Below are positions 9,666 through 19,842 of a stretch of 64,000 nt of DNA, piece by piece (within the stretch, counting starts at the first letter, position 1; each line of letters begins with the position of its first letter). The notes under the pieces are model-generated. The model did not search any database and was not told the DNA's origin. It saw only the letters and a program-made list of their open reading frames with translations. Origin of the DNA: Candidatus Entotheonellaceae bacterium (GTDB lineage Bacteria; Tectomicrobia; Entotheonellia; Entotheonellales; Entotheonellaceae); assembly GCA_965238075.1 (NCBI GenBank), contig OZ250173.1, forward strand, positions 2,752,001 through 2,816,000. The letters are read 5' to 3'. A program made the position numbers and the translations under genes.

Positions 9666-10721
9666 ATGGTGCAGCGTCTTTCCGTCCTCGACCAAACTAT
9701 CGCCGCCGCCGGCCAGCCCGCCCACGTCGCCATCCGCAACACCGTGGCGTTGGCGCAGCATTGCGAACGACTGGGCTATGCGCGCTTCTGGGTCTCCGAA
9801 CACCACAATCACCCGACCATTCTCGGCACGGCGCCGGAAATTCTGATCAGCGCCATCGCCGCCACCACGTCACGTATCCGCGTCGGTAGCGCCGGAATCA
9901 TGCTGCCGCACTACGCACCGTTCAAGGTCGCCGAGCAGTTCCGCGTGCTCGACGCCCTGGCGCCCGGGCGCATCGACCTGGGGTTGGGGCGCGCCCCCGG
10001 CTCGGACGGCCTGACGGCCTTTGCCCTGCACCCGCTGGCGAATGAGCGTCCGGCGCAATTCCCTTCCGATGTGCGCGACTTGCTGGCCTGGGTGAGCGGC
10101 GCGCCCCTGGCGGACGGCCATCCGTTTGCCGCCGTCAAGGCGCACCCAATGAGCGACACCGTGCCGGAGACGTGGATTCTCGGCAGCTCGACCTATGGCG
10201 CTCAGGTGGCGGCGCATTTCGGCCTGCCGTACTGCTTCGCCTGGTTCTTCACCGACGGCCAGGGCGCCCGGCAGGCGCTGCGGGTTTATCAGGGGGCTTA
10301 CCAGCCCAGTGAGCGGCACCCGCATCCGCACGCCGGCATCTGCGTGTGGGCCCTGGCCGCCGACAGCGAGGAAGAGGCGCAGTACCACTTCACCTCGCGG
10401 GCCATTTGGCGCCTGTCGCGCGACCGGGGGGTGTTTCTGCCGTTTGAAGCGCCCGACGTCGCCGCGACACAACCGTTGAGCTCTGCTGAGGCAAAGCGGG
10501 TGGAACAATTGCGCCGCGATTCGCTGGTGGGCACCAACGAGCACGTGGCGGCCCGTATCCGCGAGCTCGCCGAGGACCTCAACGTGCAGGAAGTCGCGGT
10601 CGTCACCTGGACCTACGACGAGGCCGTCCGGCAGCGCAGCTACGAGCTCCTGGCCCAGGCTTTTGGGCACGCCGATCAGGCCGCCCCGACAACCACCGAG
10701 AGTGTTCCACTGCAGTCATGA
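9666..10721 (+). CDS. Luciferase-like (LLM) flavin-dependent oxidoreductase
   Basis: LSVLDQ, FWVSEHHN, GRIDLGLGRAPG. Confidence 0.9.
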   Translation: MVQRLSVLDQTIAAAGQPAHVAIRNTVALAQHCERLGYARFWVSEHHNHPTILGTAPEILISAIAATTSRIRVGSAGIMLPHYAPFKVAEQFRVLDALAPGRIDLGLGRAPGSDGLTAFALHPLANERPAQFPSDVRDLLAWVSGAPLADGHPFAAVKAHPMSDTVPETWILGSSTYGAQVAAHFGLPYCFAWFFTDGQGARQALRVYQGAYQPSERHPHPHAGICVWALAADSEEEAQYHFTSRAIWRLSRDRGVFLPFEAPDVAATQPLSSAEAKRVEQLRRDSLVGTNEHVAARIRELAEDLNVQEVAVVTWTYDEAVRQRSYELLAQAFGHADQAAPTTTESVPLQS

Positions 10722-10757
10722 GGCGCGCGCCGCCTGCTGGCTGATCCCCGGAGAATT

Positions 10758-12446
10758 ATGGATACCCCGCAACCGTTCAGCCTGCTATGGCCCACCGGCG
10801 CGGCACGCTGCCACACGGAATTGGACGCCCAATGCGTGCGCGACCTGGAGTTGGACCAGACCCTCTTGGCGCTCACGCGCAGCAGCATCGAACGCGGCAA
10901 AGTTCGGGACATTCTCACCCGCATCTGCACCGACCCCGCCGTCATTGCCTACCGCCAAGACGTCATCGAAGACCTGTGGGACCATCCGGCATTCCGTGAA
11001 GGTCTGGAGGCCCTCTTGCCGTCCATCGGTGCCCTGGAATCGTATCGCTCCTCCTATTACCGCAAACGCTCAACGTTTCAGGACGTTACGTGGCGTCTGG
11101 GCGAGCTGGATCATTTCGTCAGTTGCGTCAGCGGCCTGAATGATCTGTTCGACGCAGTGGGGGAGGGCGTGCAGGCCGAGGGTTGGCGCGCCCTGCGCGG
11201 TTTCATTGCTCAAACCGCCGGCGACCCCGTCTACCGCAACCTGACGCGCGAGCTTCCGGGTATGCTCGACACGCTCCGCACCAAGGCCAGTGTCACCATC
11301 GGCGTCAATCTGGACAGCCAACTGCGGCCCGTGGCGGCCACGCTGCTGTCGGTCAACGCCCGGCGTTTCACCTCGTCGTCGTTCATCGACCGTCTCCTGG
11401 GCCGGGAAGGCGACGCCTTCAAGGGTATCGGCCCGCTGCATAGCGTGCCCGAAATCGATTCCGGCCCTGGCATCCCGGGTTTGGCAGGTGGCCGTCAGGA
11501 CGTGAATCCGCTTATGGTGCCGCTGTTCAGCGACCTCGCCCGGGTGCTGGATTCCGTCTGCCGACCGATTGCCCGTATCCTGCGCCGCTACGTCACCGTG
11601 CAGAGCGGCTTTCTGGCTTCGCTGAGCGGCGACATGGCATTTTACATGGCTGCCATCCGGCTCATGGAACGGCTGCGGAATCATGGGTTGCCGGTGTGCC
11701 GGCCCGGCATCGCACCGACGGACGAACGGGTTGGCGAATTGCGCGAGGCATACAACCTGAACCTGGCGTTGCAGGGTGCGGGGCAGACAGGCGGGGCCGA
11801 CCGTATCGTCAGGAACGACGTCTGCATGGACCGTGACAGCCGCATCACGATACTGACCGGCCCCAATCAGGGTGGCAAGACGACCTACACGCAGATGGTC
11901 GGGCTGTGCCAGATTCTTGCTCAGGCCGGTCTGTGGCTACCGGCGGCGAGTGCCCGCGTCAGCCTGGTCGATAACATCTTCACCCACTACCCGGTCGAGG
12001 AGAGCCTGGCCAAGGCCACGGGGCGGTTCGGCGACGAAGCACAGCGCCTGAGTCAGATATTCAAGCGCGCCACGCGGCACAGCCTGATTCTGCTGAACGA
12101 ATCGCTGGCCAGCACCAGCCCCGGCGAGAGCGTCTATCTGGCGCAGGACATCAGCCGTATTCTGCGTCGCATGGGCACGCGCGCCATTTTCGCCACGCAC
12201 TTGCACGAACTCGCCGCCGCCGTGCCGCAGCTCAATGCCGAGACGGATGGGGACAGTGGGTTGGTGAGCCTGGTGGCGTCACGCTTGCAGGACGGCGAGG
12301 ATGGCGATCAGCGGTCGTACAAGATTCTTCCGGGTCCGCCCATGGGGCGCAGCTATGCCCGCGAGATCGCCTCGAAATACGGCATCAGCTATGAGCAATT
12401 GACGACGCTGCTGCAGGAGCGCGGCGTGTTGGATGAACCGTCTTGA
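10758..12446 (+). CDS. MutS-related ATPase (domain V, no mismatch-binding domain)
   Basis: Walker A TGPNQGGKTT, LILLNES, FATHLHEL. Confidence 0.85.
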   Translation: MDTPQPFSLLWPTGAARCHTELDAQCVRDLELDQTLLALTRSSIERGKVRDILTRICTDPAVIAYRQDVIEDLWDHPAFREGLEALLPSIGALESYRSSYYRKRSTFQDVTWRLGELDHFVSCVSGLNDLFDAVGEGVQAEGWRALRGFIAQTAGDPVYRNLTRELPGMLDTLRTKASVTIGVNLDSQLRPVAATLLSVNARRFTSSSFIDRLLGREGDAFKGIGPLHSVPEIDSGPGIPGLAGGRQDVNPLMVPLFSDLARVLDSVCRPIARILRRYVTVQSGFLASLSGDMAFYMAAIRLMERLRNHGLPVCRPGIAPTDERVGELREAYNLNLALQGAGQTGGADRIVRNDVCMDRDSRITILTGPNQGGKTTYTQMVGLCQILAQAGLWLPAASARVSLVDNIFTHYPVEESLAKATGRFGDEAQRLSQIFKRATRHSLILLNESLASTSPGESVYLAQDISRILRRMGTRAIFATHLHELAAAVPQLNAETDGDSGLVSLVASRLQDGEDGDQRSYKILPGPPMGRSYAREIASKYGISYEQLTTLLQERGVLDEPS

Positions 12447-12454
12447 ACGTTGTG

Positions 12455-12489
12455 CCCTCGCCCCTCCGCGGGAGAGGGTTGGGGTAAGG
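12455..12489. repeat. REP-like palindromic element
   Basis: CCCTCGCCCCTCCGCGGGAGAGGGTTGGGGTAAGG hairpin-type extragenic element; runs into the panE RBS. Confidence 0.5.
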
Positions 12490-12498
12490 AGGAAGCAC

Positions 12499-13437
12499 AT
12501 GCGTATCGCGATGGTGGGGGCCGGCGGTGTCGGCGGCTATTTTGGCGGCCGGTTGGCGCAGGCTGGTCACGACGTGACCTTTATCGCCCGAGGCGAGCAC
12601 CTGAGAGCCATGCTGCAAGAGGGGCTGCGGGTGGAAAGCATCAACGGCGATTTTGCCGTTTCGCCCGTGCAGGCTACCGATAAACCCGATGGCATCGGCG
12701 CCGTCGATCTCGTCATCATGGGCGTGAAGGCGTGGCAAATCCCCGAGACCGCTGCCCGCCTCAGCCCGATGCTCGGGCCGGACACCTTGGTGCTGCCCTT
12801 GCAAAACGGTCTGGAAGCGTCATCGCAATTGGCGGAGGTCCTGGGGCCGTCGCCCGTGCTGGGCGGCCTGTGCGCCATCTACAGTTTCATCACGGCGCCG
12901 GGTTGCATTCGCCACATTGGCATCGATCCCTCGGTGACGTTCGGCGTGTTGCAGCCGAGCCAGGCGAGTCGGTTGGCTGAGATTCAGGAGGCCCTGCAGC
13001 AGGCCGGCGTGACGGCCAACATCGCGCCGGATATCCGGGTGCCGTTATGGGAAAAATTTCTGGTGCTGCGCTGGGGGGTCGTTGGCGCCGTGTCTCGCGT
13101 GCCCGCGGGTGTGCTGCGCCGATTGCCGCAGGCTCGGGCCATGATCGACCAGGCTGGCCGTGAAGTGCTGGCCGTCGCCAAGACACAAGCGATCGGCCTG
13201 TCGGTGGATGCCCTGCAACGCAGCAGCGCTTTGCTGGATAGTTTACCTGCCGGCGCTACCACCTCGCTACAGCGCGACGTCATGGAGGGCCGCCCCTCGG
13301 AACTGGATGCGCAGGCCGGGGCGCTGGTACGCCTGGGTGAGCAGGTCGGCGTCACCACGCCGTTGCACACCTTCATTTACCACAGTTTACTGCCGATGGA
13401 GATGCAGGCGCGCGGTGAAATCGGCGAGGAGGTTTGA
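12499..13437 (+). CDS. panE: 2-dehydropantoate 2-reductase
   Basis: GAGGVGG, LPLQNG, WEKF, SLQRD...RPSELD. Confidence 0.88.
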   Translation: MRIAMVGAGGVGGYFGGRLAQAGHDVTFIARGEHLRAMLQEGLRVESINGDFAVSPVQATDKPDGIGAVDLVIMGVKAWQIPETAARLSPMLGPDTLVLPLQNGLEASSQLAEVLGPSPVLGGLCAIYSFITAPGCIRHIGIDPSVTFGVLQPSQASRLAEIQEALQQAGVTANIAPDIRVPLWEKFLVLRWGVVGAVSRVPAGVLRRLPQARAMIDQAGREVLAVAKTQAIGLSVDALQRSSALLDSLPAGATTSLQRDVMEGRPSELDAQAGALVRLGEQVGVTTPLHTFIYHSLLPMEMQARGEIGEEV

Positions 13438-13452
13438 TACCCGCTCGGTTCC

Positions 13453-14706
13453 TTACCGGCGCTCGCTGCTCAGTATCTCTCGCGTGGCGTCCATAATCCT
13501 CGGCAATACCAGCACCGCCACCGACAGCACCATAATCCCCGTCAGCGCAAAAATCCGAATCGCAAAGACCGGACTGACGTTGGCCGCTACTGCGCCGATC
13601 AGCAACGAACCCACCGGTCCGGCGCCGATCGCCAGACTGATGACGCCGAGCGCCCGGCCGCGCATGTCGTCCTTGGCGAGGATGAGGATCAGCGCCGATT
13701 GCATGGTGGCAAAGCCGGCCATGCCCAGCCCCAGCAGAAACAGTATCGGGAACGATATGACGTACCATTGCGACAGCGAGAAGGCGAACAACGCCAGCAG
13801 CGACAGAAGCGAGCCGCCTACGTAGACCCGTCCGTGGTACCGCAACCCGACCGCCAGGGTGATGAGCGAGGCGCCGACCGACGAGCCCAGCCCCTCTGCC
13901 GCCTGCAAAGTGCCAATCAGTGCCGGGCCGGCGTGCAGTACGTCGCGTGCCAGCACCGTCACCATTGGCACATAAGGGAACATCAGCAGGTTGATAATTA
14001 ACGTGATGAGAACAGTGGCCAGGATGACGGGATTGCTGCGCACGTAGGCGATGCCTTCGACGAGATTGCGTATGACCGGCTGCCGTGCCGTCGTGCGAGG
14101 CTGCCCGGTGCCGGCGGGAAAGGGCAGCAAGAACACGTAGCTCAACGCATAGCACACCGCTACCGCCACGGAGCCGCCCGCCACGCCCGTCAGCCCGATG
14201 AGCACCCCGGCCACGCCCGGCCCGACCATGCGACTGCCGTTCATACCGATCGCGTCCAACGCAATGGCGTTGGTTACCCCTGTCGGCCCCACCAGATCGA
14301 AGATTGCCGCCCGCCGCGCCGGGAAGCTCAATGCCCAACACGCCCCGGTAATCAGCATGGCGACGTAGGCGTGCCACACCCGCACGGTGTCGGTGAGCAT
14401 CAGGAAGGCGAGGGCGCAACTCGCCAGCACCGCGATCCCTTGGGTGACCGTCATCAAGCGGCGACGGTCGACCCTGTCCACCAGCACGCCGCCGACCAGA
14501 CCCAGCAGCAAGGTGGGCAGCATACTGAAGAACCCCACCAGCGACACCAGCCACGGCGAATCCGTCAGTTCGAGGATCATCCAGGCGAGCAGCGGCATTT
14601 GCATCCAGCGCGAGGTGTAGGAAAAGAAATTGGCCAACCACAGGAAGGGGTAATGACGGTATCGGAACGCCCTGAACGGGCCTGAGGGATACGGCTCGGA
14701 GGTCAT
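13453..14706 (-). CDS. MFS transporter
   Basis: About 12 TM segments, GGVLVDRVDRRR motif A. Confidence 0.9.
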   Translation of the reverse strand: MTSEPYPSGPFRAFRYRHYPFLWLANFFSYTSRWMQMPLLAWMILELTDSPWLVSLVGFFSMLPTLLLGLVGGVLVDRVDRRRLMTVTQGIAVLASCALAFLMLTDTVRVWHAYVAMLITGACWALSFPARRAAIFDLVGPTGVTNAIALDAIGMNGSRMVGPGVAGVLIGLTGVAGGSVAVAVCYALSYVFLLPFPAGTGQPRTTARQPVIRNLVEGIAYVRSNPVILATVLITLIINLLMFPYVPMVTVLARDVLHAGPALIGTLQAAEGLGSSVGASLITLAVGLRYHGRVYVGGSLLSLLALFAFSLSQWYVISFPILFLLGLGMAGFATMQSALILILAKDDMRGRALGVISLAIGAGPVGSLLIGAVAANVSPVFAIRIFALTGIMVLSVAVLVLPRIMDATREILSSERR

Positions 14707-14753
14707 TGAATCTCTGGGCGGCCGGGGATTGGGTGGCGAGATATGGTGCTGGC

Positions 14754-14783
14754 AGTGTAGGTCCGGCGCCGGGGAGGTGTCAA
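14754..14783 (-). promoter_or_regulatory. Putative sigma70 promoter of the MFS gene
   Basis: TTGACA-N18-TACACT on minus strand. Confidence 0.5.
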
Positions 14784-14864
14784 GAAGGGCCAGTGGATAT
14801 GGTACATTGCCCCGGTTCTGACGACCCAGACTTGGCGCGGTGAGACCACGAAGGAGCCCCTGAG

Positions 14865-16505
14865 ATGGCCGATTGGTATGAGAAACGCACCCTCGGCAGC
14901 CTGCCCGACAGCATGGCGCGTAGGCTGCCGCACCGGGAAGCGTTGGTTTTCGAGGCGTGGCGGTTTACCTTTGCCGAGGTGGCGGCGGAGGTCGACCGCG
15001 CTGCCAAGGCACTGATAGCCCTCGGTGTGTGCCCGGGCGATCATGTCTGCCTGTGGCTCAACAACTGCGCGGACTCGATCTTCATCCTATACGGCTTGGC
15101 GAAGGTCGGCGCCGTGCAGGTTCCGATCAACACCCGCTTCCGCACCCGCGACTTGGCGTACGTGCTGCATCAGTCCGACAGTGTCATGCTGATCACCCAT
15201 GAGGTCTCTGGCCCTGTCGATTACCTCGACATGGTGCGGCAGGTTGTCAGATTGCCGGCTGGGGAGGTGGTGGTGTCGGACCCCGATTATCCCCAGCTGA
15301 AGCGCGTGGTGATTGTTGCCGATGACGCGCACCCTGGCACCACCGCGTGGCAGGCCGCCTTGCAAGCCGGCACCGCCGTGCCGGACGAGGAACTGCGCCA
15401 GCGCGCCGATGTCGTGGACTGCGACGCCCCGGCGCTCATCATGTACACCTCGGGAACCACCGGTTTTCCCAAGGGCGTCGTGCACACACACAACCTGGTG
15501 CGCAACGTCGAGGAAAGGGCCTACCGCCTAGCCGTGACGCCGCGCGACGTCATTCTCAACTACCTGCCGCTGTTTCACGCCTTCGGTTATTCCGAGGGCG
15601 CTCTGACGTCCATGCTCACCGGCGCCAAACAGATCGTCACGCCCACCTTCGACCCGCCCGCCTGCCTCGATCTGATCGAGCGCGAAGGCGTCACCCTGAT
15701 GCACGGCTTCGAGACCCACATGAAGGACCTCAGTGACGCTCAGGAGCGCCAGCCCCGCGACTTGAGGACGTTGCGTACTGGCCTGTTTGCCGCCGGCATG
15801 CACAGCGCCACCCCGATATGCCGCCGCGGCGCCCGACTGCTGGCGCCGTTCAAGGCCGTCTCCGGGTACGGCATGACCGAGGTCTGGATCGGCGCTGCCC
15901 TCGGCGCTCTCGACGACGACGAAACGCGCCGTGACGAATCGTCCGGTTACCCGGCGCCCGGCTACGACATGCGCATCGTCGATCCCGACTCCGGCGCCGA
16001 GCTCGGCGCCAATGTCCCCGGCGAGTTGCAGGTGCGCGGCTACTGTCTGATGCTCGGCTATTACAACAAGCCCCAGGAAACGGCGGCCTGTTATACTGCC
16101 GACGGCTGGTTCAAAACCGGCGACACCGCTTACTGGCGCGACGACGGCTACCTGCGTTTTCTGGGGCGTTACAAGGACATGCTCAAGGTGGGTGGGGAGA
16201 ACGTCGATCCGATGGAGGTTGAGGGCCTGCTCCTGGAGCATCCCGGCATCAGCCAAGTCGCGGTCGTGGGCCTCGCCGATGCCCGGCTCACTGAGGTGCC
16301 CGTCGCCTTCGTGCAGCCCGCTGCGGGGCGCGTACTCGAAGCCGGCGCGGTCATCGACTACTGCCGCGGCAAGCTGGCGAGCTTCAAGTTGCCTCACCAC
16401 GTCGTGTTTGTCGACGATTTCCCGATGACGGCGTCGGGCAAGATTCGTAAAACCGAACTGCGGGATCAGGCCCGACAAACCCTGGGCAACGATAGCGAGA
16501 CCTGA
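14865..16505 (+). CDS. AMP-dependent acyl-CoA ligase
   Basis: YTSGTTGFPKG, YGMTE, FKTGD, SGKI. Confidence 0.92.
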   Translation: MADWYEKRTLGSLPDSMARRLPHREALVFEAWRFTFAEVAAEVDRAAKALIALGVCPGDHVCLWLNNCADSIFILYGLAKVGAVQVPINTRFRTRDLAYVLHQSDSVMLITHEVSGPVDYLDMVRQVVRLPAGEVVVSDPDYPQLKRVVIVADDAHPGTTAWQAALQAGTAVPDEELRQRADVVDCDAPALIMYTSGTTGFPKGVVHTHNLVRNVEERAYRLAVTPRDVILNYLPLFHAFGYSEGALTSMLTGAKQIVTPTFDPPACLDLIEREGVTLMHGFETHMKDLSDAQERQPRDLRTLRTGLFAAGMHSATPICRRGARLLAPFKAVSGYGMTEVWIGAALGALDDDETRRDESSGYPAPGYDMRIVDPDSGAELGANVPGELQVRGYCLMLGYYNKPQETAACYTADGWFKTGDTAYWRDDGYLRFLGRYKDMLKVGGENVDPMEVEGLLLEHPGISQVAVVGLADARLTEVPVAFVQPAAGRVLEAGAVIDYCRGKLASFKLPHHVVFVDDFPMTASGKIRKTELRDQARQTLGNDSET

Positions 16506-16515
16506 GCACTCCGTC

Positions 16516-17463
16516 TCACGCCGACGGGGGTTCCAACAGGGCGTTGACCTCGGCGACTTCCTCGGCGCTCAGCGTCCACTCGATGGCCTTGACGTTGCTC
16601 AGCATGTGCTCCAGCCGTGTGGCGCCGGTAATCACCGAGCACACCTGCGGCTGCGCCAGCAGCCACGCCTGCGCCAGTTCGTTCAGGCCGTGTCCGCGGG
16701 CTTCAACCCAGGATTGCAGGCGTTCTACCGTGTCGTAATGCACGTCCTTCATGTATTTCTGCACCTGTGCGCTGAACTCCCCGCGTGAGCCCGCCGGCGC
16801 CGGTTCGCCGCGTTGGTACTTGCCGGTCAGAAAGCCGCCGGCCAGCGGATAGTAGGGTACGAAGCCGACGTTGTGGGCTTGGCAGTAGGGCAGGACCTCG
16901 CGTTCGACGTGGCGTTCCAGCATCTGGTATTCGGACTGAATGGCCACGAAGGTCGACCAGCCGCGCAACTCGGCGATGGCGTTGGCCCTGGCCAGCTGCC
17001 AGGCCGCGAAGTCCGAACAGCCGATGTACCGCACCTTGCCCATGCGCACCAGATCGTCCAGCCCGCGCAACGTCTCCTCAACCGGCGTCTGCGGGTCCCA
17101 GCGGTGCACGTAATACAGATCGATGTAGTCGTTCTTCAGGCGTTTCAGACTCTTTTCTACCTGGTGCATCATGTGATAGCGCGACGCCCCGCGGTCGTTG
17201 GTGCCGTCGCCGGTTGAGATGACAAACTTGGTGGCAACCACGAACTTGTCCCAACGGCCCTTCAACGCCTTCCCCAGGGTTTTCTCGGATTTGCCCTTTG
17301 TGTACATGTCTGCCGAGTCGATGAAATTGATGCCCAGGTCCTGCGCCGCGTCGATTATCCGGTTAACCTCGTCCTGCGGCAGCACCTTGTCGCCGAAGCG
17401 ATTGGTGCCCAGCCCGATGACCGATACCCGCACACCGGCGGGGCCTAGTTGTCGGTATTCCAT
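16516..17463 (-). CDS. Aldo/keto reductase
   Basis: GINFIDSADMY, YIDLYYVH, PLAGGFLTGKY. Confidence 0.93.
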   Translation of the reverse strand: MEYRQLGPAGVRVSVIGLGTNRFGDKVLPQDEVNRIIDAAQDLGINFIDSADMYTKGKSEKTLGKALKGRWDKFVVATKFVISTGDGTNDRGASRYHMMHQVEKSLKRLKNDYIDLYYVHRWDPQTPVEETLRGLDDLVRMGKVRYIGCSDFAAWQLARANAIAELRGWSTFVAIQSEYQMLERHVEREVLPYCQAHNVGFVPYYPLAGGFLTGKYQRGEPAPAGSRGEFSAQVQKYMKDVHYDTVERLQSWVEARGHGLNELAQAWLLAQPQVCSVITGATRLEHMLSNVKAIEWTLSAEEVAEVNALLEPPSA

Positions 17464-17569
17464 TGTGCCTCTTTCTTCTCATGTGGCTGATTGCATATGA
17501 TTGCTTTGCCCAGCATCGTGCCCACTAATCGGCCCTCGTCTCATGCGCCCAGCTGTGAATCCGCTGCCG

Positions 17570-18160
17570 CTACGCCTGCCGCGACTCCCACAGTCCCTCT
17601 TGTGCAAATGCGGTGAGTTGCATGCTTGTCAGGCCCGGCAGCACCTTGCTCTGATCGACCTCGACGTAGCTGGAATTCACCAACCGATGCACGCAAACCC
17701 TATCGGCCCGGTACCGCCATACCTCCGGCACGCCCAAGGCCGCATAGATCGGCAGCTTGTCCAGCGACGAGCGAGCCACGTCGACCTCGATGATCAAGTC
17801 CGGGGGCGGGTCGTTGCTGAGGTCGATACGGCTCAATCCCCAAACCCGTGGGGCGTGCGCCACATAAAACGAAGCATCCGGTTCAAAGCCGCGTCCTAAG
17901 CCTTCCTGTTTGAAGGTGGTTGAGCCGGAGCGCAAGTAGTCCTGCCCTCGCGCATTCAGAATTTCCTCGGCAACCCCGCTGGCGACATCCCTGAACCTTT
18001 CATGCTCATAACTCGGCGTCACGATTTCCAGCACCCCTTGGTCGAACGCCATGCGCGTCTGCCGACAGTCGCCGCCGTCGGCCAGCAGTGCCTCGTACGT
18101 TTCCCAACTGACGCCATCCATCAGAACCGGCTGATCGGCCGGCTGTATCACGGTCGCCAT
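17570..18160 (-). CDS. Uma2 (DUF820) family endonuclease-like protein
   Basis: VSWETYE, FEPDASFY, PPPDLIIEV, YAALGVPEVWRY. Confidence 0.88.
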   Translation of the reverse strand: MATVIQPADQPVLMDGVSWETYEALLADGGDCRQTRMAFDQGVLEIVTPSYEHERFRDVASGVAEEILNARGQDYLRSGSTTFKQEGLGRGFEPDASFYVAHAPRVWGLSRIDLSNDPPPDLIIEVDVARSSLDKLPIYAALGVPEVWRYRADRVCVHRLVNSSYVEVDQSKVLPGLTSMQLTAFAQEGLWESRQA

Positions 18161-18281
18161 AAGAGCCTCCAAATGGTGAGGATGCCGCACTTGGCCGGGT
18201 GTGCTGGACACCCGTTGGGGGAAGCGATAGGGTAGGGCAAGACATTAATCCGCACAAGCCGAATACGGGAGACACCACATC

Positions 18282-19007
18282 ATGGCCAACCGTGACGACA
18301 TCAAGCAGCGCATCCACCGGGGCGACGTGCTCATTGGTGTTTCGGCGCCTGTGACCGCAAGCAAGAACCAGCTCGAAGGCATCCTCGGCAAGGACGACTA
18401 CGCCTTTGTCTCTACCGATAGCCAGCACTCGGCCTTCAACGAAGAGACCCTGGTGCGATTCTGTAATTTTGCCGACGAACTCGAGGTGCCCGTGCAGTTC
18501 CGTATCAAGCACACCTACCACAGCTATCTCATCGGCAACGTCCTCGACCTCGGCCCGGCGGGCATCGAGGTGCCGCAGGTCGAAGAGCCGGCCACCGTCG
18601 CCGAGGCCCTCAAGTATTTCTACTATCCGCAGCAGGGGAAGCGCAGCTGGGGCGGCGTGGCGCGCTGGAAAATCGACGGCAATGACGACCGCCTGGCTTA
18701 CGCCGATTGGTGGAACACGCACGGCTGGCTGTGCCTGCAGATGGAATCCATCCAGGCCGTCAGCAACGCCCGCCACCTCGCCAAGCCCGGCGTCGACTGC
18801 CTGACCTGGGGGCCAAACGATCTTCGGTATGACATCGAAGCACACCCCCAGCACCCGTTCCGCACCGTGGACGCTTGCGTGCAGCACGTCCTCAAGCAGC
18901 TCGAAGGCAGCACCACGCGCGTCTCCTTCCGCAGCTACGATCCTGCCCTGCGCAACAAATACCTCGACATGGGCGTTACCATCCTGATGGAGAGCCCCAA
19001 GCCGTAA
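18282..19007 (+). CDS. HpcH/HpaI aldolase family protein
   Basis: DSQH, VLDLGPAGIEVPQVE, QMES, GPNDL. Confidence 0.8.
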   Translation: MANRDDIKQRIHRGDVLIGVSAPVTASKNQLEGILGKDDYAFVSTDSQHSAFNEETLVRFCNFADELEVPVQFRIKHTYHSYLIGNVLDLGPAGIEVPQVEEPATVAEALKYFYYPQQGKRSWGGVARWKIDGNDDRLAYADWWNTHGWLCLQMESIQAVSNARHLAKPGVDCLTWGPNDLRYDIEAHPQHPFRTVDACVQHVLKQLEGSTTRVSFRSYDPALRNKYLDMGVTILMESPKP

Positions 19008-19048
19008 CTGTCAACCATGAGCTTGCGGAAAGTCACAGGTAGAAACAT

Positions 19049-19813
19049 ATGGCAGATGCAGCAGAAGAGTTCTCAGGCAAAATCGCCATTGTAACGGGCG
19101 CCGCACGAGGTATGGGGTACGCCGTGGCGAAGCGGCTTGCTGCCGGCGGTGCCAGCGTCGTTATCAATGACATTAACGCTGAGGCGGCAGCACGAGCGGC
19201 CTCTGATCTGCACGCCCTCGGTCATGCAGCGCTTGCCGTGCCTGGAGACGTCACATCTGGCCAAGATGTGGGCCGACTCGTGGCGAGGGCGGTGGACCAA
19301 TATGGAGAGGTACATATCTTAATCAACAACGCCGGGATACTCCGCCCAACGCCCGTCATCGACATTCAGGAAGACGAGTGGGACCTGGTCGTCAACGTGA
19401 ACCTGAAGGGAACATATCTGTGCTCCAGAGCCGTGTTGCCTGGCATGCAAAAGACGGGCTGGGGGCGTATCGTGAATTTTTCTTCCACCGCCGGCAAAAG
19501 CATCAGCACCGTGGGCGGCGCCCACTATACGGCGGCTAAGGCAGGCATTTTAGGCTTCACGCGCCATCTGGCTAAAGAGGTCGCCGGGTACGGTATCACG
19601 GTCAATGCCGTCTGTCCTGGTCTGATCGATACCGAGATGGTCAGATCTACCATCAGCGCTGAGCGAGCCCAGGCATACGCCGACAGTTTCCCGATCAAAC
19701 GCTTGGGAGAGCCCTTCGAAGTCGCCGAACTGGTGGCTTTTCTGGCCTCCGATCGAGCCGCCTATATCACCGGGGCGTCGCTAGATATCAACGGTGGCGA
19801 TCTCATGATCTAG
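19049..19813 (+). CDS. SDR oxidoreductase (FabG-like)
   Basis: TGAARGMG, NNAG, YTAAK. Confidence 0.9.
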   Translation: MADAAEEFSGKIAIVTGAARGMGYAVAKRLAAGGASVVINDINAEAAARAASDLHALGHAALAVPGDVTSGQDVGRLVARAVDQYGEVHILINNAGILRPTPVIDIQEDEWDLVVNVNLKGTYLCSRAVLPGMQKTGWGRIVNFSSTAGKSISTVGGAHYTAAKAGILGFTRHLAKEVAGYGITVNAVCPGLIDTEMVRSTISAERAQAYADSFPIKRLGEPFEVAELVAFLASDRAAYITGASLDINGGDLMI

Positions 19814-19842
19814 AGGGTAGCCAGGCCTCCGGAGAATCAGGC

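Noticed and set aside
7857-9812. 651-aa minus-strand ORF
   Set aside because: Antisense shadow of leuD/leuC caused by GC-rich codon bias; no motifs
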